The notes beneath the pieces were generated by a model. It worked only from the letters and a program-made list of their open reading frames with translations, was not told the DNA's origin and made no database searches. A stretch of 64,000 nt of DNA from the NCBI GenBank assembly GCA_014905635.1, contig CM026548.1, forward strand, positions 496,001-560,000, written 5' to 3'. Origin of the DNA: Scenedesmus sp. PABB004. Its lineage: Eukaryota. Positions 1 through 8,822 of the stretch are shown one piece after another; within the stretch, counting starts at the first letter, position 1; each line of letters starts with the position of its first letter. Both the position numbers and the translations under genes were made by a program.

Positions 1-1652
1 ACGCTGGCCAACGTCACGGACGGCCCGCACGGCGCCCACGCGGTGGCGGCGGCGGAGCTCGCGGCGTCGGTGCCGGGCCTGCCCGCGGCGGGCGAGCTCT
101 CGGCGCTGCTCGCGGGCGAGCGCTGCCTGCGAGTCGACCAGCGCGGCGTGGTGTCGCTCGACGCCGCCGCGCTCGTCGCCGCGGCGCGCCGCGCCACGTC
201 CACCGGCACGCTGCTCGACGAGCTGCCGCCGCCGACGGGCCTCACGCTCGGGCGCCACCCCGTGTGCCCGGGGCAGCGCGCCTGCACCTACTTTGTGCGC
301 ACGGGGACCTGCGACTTCGGCCCCCGCTGCGTGTACACGCACCCCCGTAAGCCCCGGCGCGGCCGCGCGAGCGCGGCGGCAGCTGCGGCCCGGCCAAAAG
401 GGCGCCGTGGCGCTCTCCCTTTGCCCTTGCTGACCCACGTGCCGCCGCCGCGCCGCAGCCGAGCTGGCCAAGGGCCCGGGACCGCAGAGCCAGCCCCCAC
501 CCGACGGCGCGCCGCCCCGCCAGCGCGGCGACCAGCAGCACCAGCACCAGCACCAGCACCAGCAGGTGGTGTGGCGCCCAGTCAACCAGCAGGCGGCGCC
601 GGCACGCGCGCAGGAGGCGGGGCAGCAGCCGCCGACGTGGCAGCAGGTGATGCAGCAGCAGGAGCAGCAGCAGCAGCAGCAGGGGCAGTGGTGGAGCGAG
701 CCAGCGGCGGCGGCGGTGGCTCCGCCGCCGCCGCCGCCACCGCCGCCGCACCCATGCGGACGGCGCAGACGCCGCAGACCTGGCAGCAGCAGGAGCAGCA
801 GCATGCCAGGCCGCAGCAGCAGCAGAAGGCCAAGGCCAAGCCCGCCAGGGACAAGCCCACAAAGGCCGACGCCGCCGGCAAGTCGCTGCCGATGGCGGGC
901 TGCAACGGCGCGGGCATGCCGCTGCGCCCGGGCGCGGCCAACTGCTCGTTCTGGATGCACACCGGCGACTGCAAGTTCAAGCTGAACTGCAAGTTCAACC
1001 ACCCAGACGACCCGCCCCTGCCCGCGCGCTTCGTCGCGACGGGTCCGTCTCTGCCCGCGCGGCGCCCCGCGCGCCTGGCGCGGCCCGCCGCCGCCGCCGC
1101 CGCCGCGCTCACCCGCCCCGCCGCCGCGCCGCGCCGCGCCGCCAGGGCGCATGATGGGGCGGTGGCCGGCCGACAAGCCCATCCCCTACGCCCGCCTCGC
1201 GGCGCACCTGCACCGCCTCTGGGACGCGGGGCTGCCCGAGGGCTGGTCAAAGATCTACCTCGCGAGGCATCTGATTGCGGCGGCCAACCCGGGCGCCGCG
1301 ATGTGGGGCCCGACCGCGGCGCGCGCGGTCGTGGACGACGCCGCCGCCTACTCCACCGCGCTGTCGGAGGCCGGTGCGCGGCGCACGCGCGGCCCGCAGC
1401 GTCCGCGGCGGGCGCCGGTCTGCGCGCGGCGCCAGGCGCCGCCGCAGTCCCTCACGCCGTTTCCGCCGCGCGCCGCGCGCAGTGACGGTGCTGGCGACGA
1501 TCTGGCTCGAGCTGCCCGAGGCGGACGCGGGGCCGCTGCCCGACATGGACGACCTGCGCCGCCTGCTCGCCGCCGACCCCTACCTCCAGCTCACCCCGCA
1601 CGACGTCGTGCGCCTGAACCTCGAGCACGTGCGTGACGTGCTCAACTGGTGA
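1..1652 (+). CDS. CCCH-type zinc-finger protein (5' end outside window; multi-exon)
   Basis: Two C-x8-C-x5-C-x3-H fingers (CTYFVRTGTCDFGPRCVYTH; CSFWMHTGDCKFKLNCKFNH), each preceded by a P-x-(C/R)PG lead-in. Intron 347-458 plus two more GT-AG introns. Ends ...VRDVLNW TGA at 1650-1652. Probable 1-nt frameshift near 750. Confidence 0.8.
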
Positions 1653-1931
1653 GGCGCAGCTCGCGGCGCGGGCGCGGCAGACACGGCGGCGGCGGCGGCG
1701 AGAGGGTGCCGCGTGCTGAGTTGCGGCGAGATTTGACGTGCGCGCGCGCACGCGGCAGTTGGACGGGCGCGTAACGGTTCGCGGCACGCGGCCCACGACG
1801 TTGATTTGATGCCGTGCACCCCCAGTGCAGTCAGGGCAGCCGGGCGCCGCACACGCGACGGGCGCTGCCGCCGCACCAGCAGCAGCGCGCCGCGCCGCGC
1901 GCCCCGTGCGATCGCCGCCGCGGCGCCGTTC

Positions 1932-2912
1932 ATGAGCGCAGCCGCCGACGCGCTGGTCGACGCGCTGCTCGAGTTCCTGGAGGCGGGAGTGCATACGGCG
2001 CTCAAGGCGCGCGGCGTGTACGCGCCGGAGCTGTTCGACAACCGCCGCCTCTACGGCGTTCCCGTCAGCGCCTGCCGCCACCCCGACGTCTGCCTCTACA
2101 TCGGCAGCGTGCTGGGTGGCCTGCGGGTGAGCGCGGCCTCGCCGCGCCGGCGCCGCTGCTGCCGCTGCTGCTGCTGCACCCGCTGCTCTGCGCGCGGTGT
2201 CGCCCGTCGTCCTGCGCCGCCGCCTCGCCGGCGTGCTCTCACCCGCTCACGCACCGCATTTCACTCCCCGCCGCGCCCCGCGCCGCTGGCCCCGCAGCCG
2301 CTGCTGGCGCGGGACGCGCTGCAGGAGCTGGTCGTCGTCTTTTTCGAGCCGGGCGGCGGCCGCCCCGTCTCCAAACTCTCCTTCGTCCTGCAGGGCTTCA
2401 ACGCCGCCGCCGCGCCGCACCCGGACTGGGCGGCCCTCGAGCCGGCGCTGCGCTCGGCGCTGCTGCGGCTTCACTTTGCGGACAACCTGCTGCGCCCGCT
2501 GCCAGAGGGTGCGCGCCCGGCGCGGCCGCGGCGTGGCGGCGGGGCGCCGCGGCGCGTGCTGACTGGCGGCCGCGCCCCGCGCCCCGCAGGCAGCACCTGG
2601 GAGCTGCTCGCGGTCGCGACCAGCGCCGCCGGCGCGAGCCCGCAGGTCTTTGCCCAGGAGCCCAGCCCCGCCGCGCTGTGCTGCCTGCCGCAGCCGGCGG
2701 TGGGCGTGCCGGTGGGCGCCTGCAGCCTGCCGGGCGTGCTGAGCATGCAAGTGGTGCTGGAGGAGGGCCCAGCAGCGGACGCGGCAGCAGCGGGCCCGGC
2801 GGCGGCGACGAGCAGCCCCGCGGCGCTCGCGGCGGCGTCGCAGGCCGGCGGCACGGCGCGCTCGCGCTCGCGCTCGCGCTCGCCGGCGCGCCAGGCCAGC
2901 GAGCCCTCCTGA
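1932..2912 (+). CDS. REV7: REV7/MAD2L2 HORMA-domain protein (DNA polymerase zeta accessory subunit), 3 exons
   Basis: LLEFLEAGVHTALKARGVYAPELFDNRRLYGVPVSACRHPDVCLYI matches the REV7 N-terminus; LRSALLRL...LRPLPEGSTWELL further down. Two GT-AG introns. Confidence 0.85.
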   Translation: MSAAADALVDALLEFLEAGVHTALKARGVYAPELFDNRRLYGVPVSACRHPDVCLYIGSVLGGLRVSAASPRRRRCCRCCCCTRCSARGVARRPAPPPRRRALTRSRTAFHSPPRPAPLAPQPLLARDALQELVVVFFEPGGGRPVSKLSFVLQGFNAAAAPHPDWAALEPALRSALLRLHFADNLLRPLPEGARPARPRRGGGAPRRVLTGGRAPRPAGSTWELLAVATSAAGASPQVFAQEPSPAALCCLPQPAVGVPVGACSLPGVLSMQVVLEEGPAADAAAAGPAAATSSPAALAAASQAGGTARSRSRSRSPARQASEPS

Positions 2913-2949
2913 CGCGGCGGCGCCAGGGCTCCGGCGGCGCCGCTCGGCA

Positions 2950-4005
2950 ATGTCGGGCGGCGGCGGCCGTGGCATGAGCCCCGCCACGGCGCGCCGCCTG
3001 GCGGCGCTGATTGTGGCGGGGGCGGAGCAGCTGCAGGAGCGCGCCGAGGCGGACGGCGTGACCGCGTTTGTGGGGCGCGCGGTGCAGCGGGAGCGCCCCA
3101 ACGAGCGCTTCCTGCAGTCCACGCTGCGCAACCTGACGAGCGCCAACCGGCGCAAGGAGGAGGCCGCGATGTGGGCGGCGCGGCAGGCGCAGCGCGGCGA
3201 CCGCTCGCGCAGCAGGGGCCGCAGCAGGGGGCGCAGCAGGGGCCGCAGCAGGGACCGCAGCAGGAGCCGCAGCAGGAGCCGCAGCAGGAGCCGCAGCAGG
3301 AGCCGCAGCAGGGGCCGGCACAGACAGGGGCGCGGCAGCGCCAGCCCGGCAAGCAACGGCCCGCGCCGCGGACGCAGCCGGAGCCCGAGCCGCGCCCGGC
3401 GGCGCGCGCAGCACGACCGCCGCAGCGCCAGCAGGAGCGGCAGCTCCGCCGGCGCCACCAGCAGTGGCAGCAGCAGCACGAGCGACGGCGCGCCGGGCGG
3501 CTCGCACGGCGGGCGGGCTGCGCCGGGCGCGGCCGCCGGCGGCAGCGCCGACGGCGGCGGCGGCGGCGGCGGCAGCGGCAGCAGCGGCGGCGACGATGAG
3601 CTCATGCAGTGGCTGGGCAGCAGCAAGGTGCGCGGCCGCGGCAGCATTGGGCCCCGCGCCGGCGTGGCCGGCCCGTACCTGCCTGCTCCGGTCGACGGCG
3701 GCGCTGGCGCGGAGCAGCAGGCCGCGCCGCGCGGGCCGGCGCGGCCCGCCTGGCTGCCGCCGAGCGAGGCGGCGCAGCAGCGCGCCGCGCCGTCGGCGGG
3801 CTTCCTCCGCGGCTTGCTGGCGGCACAGGGCCTCGCGCCGCGGGGCGCGCGCAGCGGCGGCGACAGCAGCGACGGGGGGCGGCGGCGCAGGGAGGCGAAG
3901 AAGGAGGCCAAGGCACGGCGCAAGGAACACAAGAAGCACAAGAAAAAGCACAAGGAGCACAAGAAGCACAAGAAGGCGAAGCGGCGGCGCACCGACGATG
4001 ACTGA
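2950..4005 (+). CDS. Conserved uncharacterised RS-rich nuclear protein, single exon (start 2950 or 2974)
   Basis: Motifs RPNERFLQSTLRNLTSANR and DDELMQWLGSSKVRGRGSIG resemble a plant/fungal conserved family; RS repeat; Lys/His-rich tail; TGTAA at 4068. Confidence 0.75.
   Translation: MSGGGGRGMSPATARRLAALIVAGAEQLQERAEADGVTAFVGRAVQRERPNERFLQSTLRNLTSANRRKEEAAMWAARQAQRGDRSRSRGRSRGRSRGRSRDRSRSRSRSRSRSRSRSRSRGRHRQGRGSASPASNGPRRGRSRSPSRARRRAQHDRRSASRSGSSAGATSSGSSSTSDGAPGGSHGGRAAPGAAAGGSADGGGGGGGSGSSGGDDELMQWLGSSKVRGRGSIGPRAGVAGPYLPAPVDGGAGAEQQAAPRGPARPAWLPPSEAAQQRAAPSAGFLRGLLAAQGLAPRGARSGGDSSDGGRRRREAKKEAKARRKEHKKHKKKHKEHKKHKKAKRRRTDDD
3208..3314 (+). repeat. 12-bp coding tandem repeat CGCAGCAGG(A/G)GC encoding RSRS/RSRG
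   Basis: About 9 units directly visible. Confidence 0.9.
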
Positions 4006-4067
4006 ACCGCGCCGCGCGTTTCAGCTCTTTGCGTGCTGTTCAAGTCGCACTCGCCGCCGGCGGGTCG

Positions 4068-4072
4068 TGTAA
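4068..4072 (+). promoter_or_regulatory. Chlorophyte poly(A) signal TGTAA
   Basis: TGTAA about 60 nt after stop 4005. The same motif follows the COPE, TraB and 23969 ORF stops. Confidence 0.7.
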
Positions 4073-4177
4073 AGGCTCCCCGCGGCACGCAGAGCCTGTC
4101 TCACGCCGCAGCAGCTTCAGCGGAGCAGCTCCAGCGCGGCGGCGGCAGCGGCGGCGGCGAGCGCCGGCGGCCGCGCG

Positions 4178-6184
4178 ATGGCGGCCGGCCTGGCGCTGGA
4201 TCGTAATGACGAGCTGTATGCGGAGCAGGCCTGGCTGCTGGCGCAGCTGGGCGTGGAGCAGCCGCTGGGCGCCGAGCGGCCGCTGCACGACGCGGCGGCC
4301 GCTGCTCGCGTGCTGGTGCTGCGCGAGGTGCGGTCGCGGCCGGCCGGCAGCGGTCGCGGCGGGACCAGCAGCCCGCGGCACGTCCTGGGGCGCGGCCGCA
4401 GGCCGTTTGGTGCGACGTGCCGCCGCGCCGCCGCCGCGCCGCCCGCCGCGCGCCGCCCGGCCCCGCCGCGCGCCAGGGCGAGCTGTCGCAGCTGACGTGC
4501 GCCGCCGACCTGCGGCGGCCGCTCAACCCGCGCAACGAAGCGGCGGCGCTGTCGCTGCTCAGCGCGCACCGCGCCGCGCTGTGCGGGGGGTCGGCCGAGC
4601 GCGAGCGCGAGCTGGACGCGCTGCTTGCCGCCGCGCCGTTTGGCGGCGGCGACGCGGCCGCGGCTGAGACCGCCTGCGATGCCGGCTCGTGCGAGCAGCG
4701 GCTGTGCGACTGGGTGCTGGAGCAGGGCGGCGTGTCGCAGCTGCGGCCGGCGCTCTTCTGCGGCGCCGGCGGCGGCGGCGGCGCCGCGCTGCGCGGCCTC
4801 GCGGCGGCCGCCGACCTCGCGCCCGGCGCCGTCGCGCTGTCGCTGCCGGCGACGCTGCTCATAACGTACGAGACCGCGGCGTCGTCCGACTTTGGCCGCG
4901 CGCTGGCCGCGCTGGGGCTGGACGAGGAGACGCTGGCGGTGCTGTGGACCATGGTCGAGCGCTGGGACGCCGACTCGCCCGCGGCGCCGTTCTGGGCGGC
5001 GCTGCCGCCGCGCTTCCCCACCGGCCTCAGCGCGCCGGCGCCGCTCGCGGCGCTCGCCGCGGGGCTGCCGTGCGCGGGCGCGTTGGCGGCCGCGCGCGCG
5101 CACGTGCGCGCGCAGCACGCCGCGCTGGCCAAGGTCGTCGAGGCGCTGCTCACCGCGTACCCGCAGCACCTCCAGCCCGACTGGTTCAGCGAAGAGGCCT
5201 ACCTCTGGGCAGTGGACCTGTGGAATGCCTACGCGATACAGGCGCGCCACGCAGCAGCCGCCGCGCCGCGCCGCGCCGTGGCGTGCGACGTGCGACGCGC
5301 CGCCGGCGTCGCCGCCCCATCCCCCGCACGTTCGCCCGCCGCCCGCCGCCCGGCGCCGGCAGGTCCAGTTCCCCGACGGCGCCGTGCGCCCCGCGCTCGC
5401 GCCGCTGGTCAGCCTGGCAAACCACCGCCCTTGGCCGCACTGCGTGCGCTTCAGCCGCGTCGACGCGGGCGCGGGCGCGCTGCGCCTCGCGCCGTTCCGG
5501 CCGCTGCGCGCGGGGGACGAGTTTGCGCTGAGCTACGGCCCGCTGGCCAACGACAAGCTGCTGCTGTTCTACGGCTTTGCGCTGCGCGGCAACCCCTTTG
5601 ACACGGTGGAGCTCCAGCTGGACTGGGGCGAGCAGCAGGCGCAGCAGCAGCAGCAGCAGGAGCAGCAGGGCGAGCTGCGGGCAGCGGCGGAGGGCCTGCT
5701 GGCAGCGCTGGGCCTCGCGCGGGTCTTCACGCTGACCCCGCAGCAGCCGCTGCCGGCGGGGCTGCTGCCCTGCTGCCGCATCATGTGCGCGGGCCGCGCC
5801 GAGCTGGCGGCGATGCGGACTGCGCTGGCGCGCCACGAGCAGGCCACCCCCGGCGGCGGCGGCGGCGGCGGCAACGCGCTTCAGCGCGCGTGGGCGGCCG
5901 CCGCCGCGCGCGACGCGGTCGCGGGCGCGGCGCTGGGCGAGGCCGCTGAGGCCGCCGCGCGCGCACGGCTGGCGCGCGCACTGGCCGCAGCGCGCGCGCC
6001 GCACGAGGCCTGCCTGGCCAAGCTGTCGCGGCGGCGAGAGCTGCAGGCTGCGCTCGCCGCGCGGCTGCCTGCTGGCGCGGCGGCCGCGGCGGCGGAGGAG
6101 GAGGGATTCACGGCCTCCCTGGAGACGCTCTGCGACGGCGCGCTGGCACTCATCGCGGCGGCGGCCGAGGCAGCGGCGGTGTGA
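4178..6184 (+). CDS. SET-domain protein lysine methyltransferase (Rubisco LSMT/SETD3-like), 3 exons
   Basis: RGLAAAADLAPG...LSLP; ALAPLVSLANH; EFALSYGPLANDKLLLFYGFALRGNPFDTV. Intron 5242-5362 is GC-AG. Confidence 0.85.
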
Positions 6185-6314
6185 GCGCGCTGAGCCCTGC
6201 TGGAACGCCGCCCGTCGTCCCGCTGCTTCCACGGCCCGTTCCCCGCCCAGACCTGCTCCAGGGCAGCCCGTTGCGGCGCCCCCGGCCACGCGCACGCAGC
6301 CGAGCACGCACGCG

Positions 6315-8636
6315 ATGGCGGCGCTAGCAGCTTGTGGACAGTGGCGCGCCGCGAGCGTGGCGCCGCTGCCACGCTCGCGTGCGAGCCGCGTCGTGCGCGT
6401 GCGCGCGAGCGCTGCTCACGCGACGGTGGAGCAGGTGGAGCTGGGGCGCTCAGGTGCGGCGGCGCGAGGGCGGCGCAGCGGCGTCGGAGGGCGCTGCTCC
6501 ACGCCCGGCGCGCTCCGCGCCGCGCGCTGCGCCGCGAACGGTCATTTGGGAGTCGGGGAGCGGTGGGCGAGCCGCCGCAGCTGCTCCGACCGCCGCTGCT
6601 CCGCCGCTGCTCCCGCCGGCAGGCGTCAAGGTGCCGCTCCTCGGCATCGGCGCGTGGTCCTGGGGCGACCGCAGCGGTTACTGGGGCTACGGCAAAGGCG
6701 CGCGCCCGCCCGCCCTCACGCCGCGCCCGCGCGCTGCCCTCGCTGAGCACGTGCGCCGCCGCCCGCCGCGCGCGCAGAGTACGGGCAGGACGCGTCGCGC
6801 GAGGCGTACGACGCGCTCACGGCGGCGGGGCTCAACTTCATCGACACGGCAGAGGCGCGGCGGCAGCGGCGGCGCGGCGGCGCGCGGCGGCGCGCGGCCC
6901 GGGACGGGCCGGGGCGCAGCGCGGCGGCGGGGCGTGAGCGCGCGCGCGAGCGAGGGCCGCGCCGTCCCGCGCGCCGCAGGTGTACGGCTTTGGCAAGAGC
7001 GAGGAGTTCATCGGCGAGTTTGCGGCCGCGAGCGCCGCGGCCGGCGCGCCGCCGCCGGTCGTCGCGACCAAGTTTGCGCCGCTGCCCTGGCGTTTGACGT
7101 CTGGCGCCGTCCCCGCCGCGTGCCGGGAGAGCCTCGGGCGCCTGGGCATGAAGCAGATCGCACTGTACATCCAGCACTGGTGCGGCGGCCCTGGGCTGCG
7201 GCGGGGTTAAGGCTATAATGGCCCACGGCCGGGGCCTTGGGCAGGCTGCGGCGGGCGGGCGGCGAGGGCATCACGCACCGCCCCTGTCACCCCCGCTGCC
7301 GCCGCCGGGGCTCTCGCGCAGGCCGGGCTTTGCGTTCAACGCCTTCAGCAATGACGCCTACCTGGACGGCCTGGCGGACTGCGTCGAGCAGGGGCTCACG
7401 CAGGCGCGGCGGCGGCCACCTGATGGCGGGGCTCGGCGTGCTGCGCTGTGCGCGCCGCCGCCGCCCGCCCGCCCGCGGCCAGCGCGCCGAGGCCGCGCCG
7501 CGCCGCGCCGCGCAGGCGGTCGGCGTGTCCAACTTCAACGCCCAGCGCGTCAAGGGCGCGGCGGCCGCGCTCGCGCGCCGCGGGACGTGCCTCAGCAGCA
7601 ACCAGGCGCGCGCCCGCGGCGGCGCGCCGGGCATGTGGCTCTGCGCGCTGACCATGGCCCTCCCCCCTGCCCCTCCCACGCGCGCTCACGCGGCCGCGCC
7701 CGCCCTCCCACACGCGCTCACCCCGCCTGCCCGCCTGCCCGCTGCCGCCGCAGGTCCAGTACAGCCTGCTCTACCGCACCCCGAGCGCAACGGCGTTCTG
7801 GAGGAGTGCCGCGCGGCGGGCGTCACGCTGGTCGCCTATTCGCCGCTGTGCCAGGGCCTGCTGACCGGTGCGGCGGGCGCGGCGGCGGCGGCGGGGCCGC
7901 GCCGCGTGCTCGCGCTGATGTGGGCGCCTCACCGCGCAGCGCTGACCGCCGCCGCCGGCCGCTGCAGGCAAGTACACGCCAGATGGCCCGCGCCCGACCG
8001 GCCCGCGCGGCAACATCTACAGCCAGAAGGCGCGGCAGCGCCGCGCGCCCAGGCGCCCGCGCGCACCCCAGCCTCCGCCCTTGCCCGCGCCGCGCGCAGC
8101 GAACGTGCAGCTGACCCTCGCGCCGCGCGCGCCCCGCTGCCGCTACGTCGGCGCGCAGATCCGTGAGATCCAGCCGCTCATCTCTGCCATGCGGGCGGTC
8201 GGCGAGCCGCGCGGCAAGACGCCCGCGCAGGCGCGGCGCCCGCGCGCGCGCGCGCCCGCGCGCGGCGGCGGCGCGCGGGCACGCGCGCGCTGGCCGCGCG
8301 GCCCTTGAGCCCACGCCCGTGGCCGCCCGCCGCGGCGTGCGCAGGTCGCGCTCAACTGGGTCATCTGCAAGGGCGCCGTGCCGATCCCGGGCGCCAAGAA
8401 CGCGCGGCAGGTCGAGGAGATTGCGGGTGCGCCGGCGCGCGCGGCGTGCGGCACACCCGCCGCCGGCGCAGCGCGCAGCGCGCAGTGCGCAGCGCGCAGC
8501 GCGCAGCGTTGACGCTTGATGATGACCGCGCGCAGGTGCGGTCGGCTGGCGGCTGGACGACGGCGAGGTCGCGGAGCTGGAGGCGGCGGCGGCCAAGGTC
8601 GCCACGCCGCTGGGCGCGCCGTTCGAGGCGTGGTGA
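6315..8636 (+). CDS. Plastid-targeted aldo/keto reductase (pyridoxal-reductase-like), 11 exons
   Basis: [79 protein letters not shown] after splicing. One probable 1-nt frameshift at about 7780. Confidence 0.92.
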
Positions 8637-8822
8637 TGACGCGGCGGCAGCGAGCGCGGCGCCGCGCCCGGGGCAGCGTCACGGCTGGGCTGCTGCTGCT
8701 GCGAGGAGGAGGGCGCGCCGCGAGGCGCCCTGGAGCACGAGCGGTAACAGGTCCGCCGCAGCCGCGGCGCTCGCGAGAAAACGCGCCGCCCGCCGCGCGC
8801 GCTCCGCTCATCGCCCTCGCCC

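Noticed and set aside
3208..3314. Regular short repeats here and at 31321-31370 considered as CRISPR-like arrays
   Set aside because: No unique spacers; they are in-frame coding repeats (RS, SPQP) in eukaryotic genes.
7775..7785. Frameshift in the AKR exon (YRTP/ERNG); similar ones near 750 (CCCH gene) and ~49990 (APC1). Considered programmed frameshifting or pseudogenes.
   Set aside because: They fall at or near short C/G runs in otherwise intact genes, one of them essential (APC1). Long-read homopolymer indel errors are the simplest explanation.
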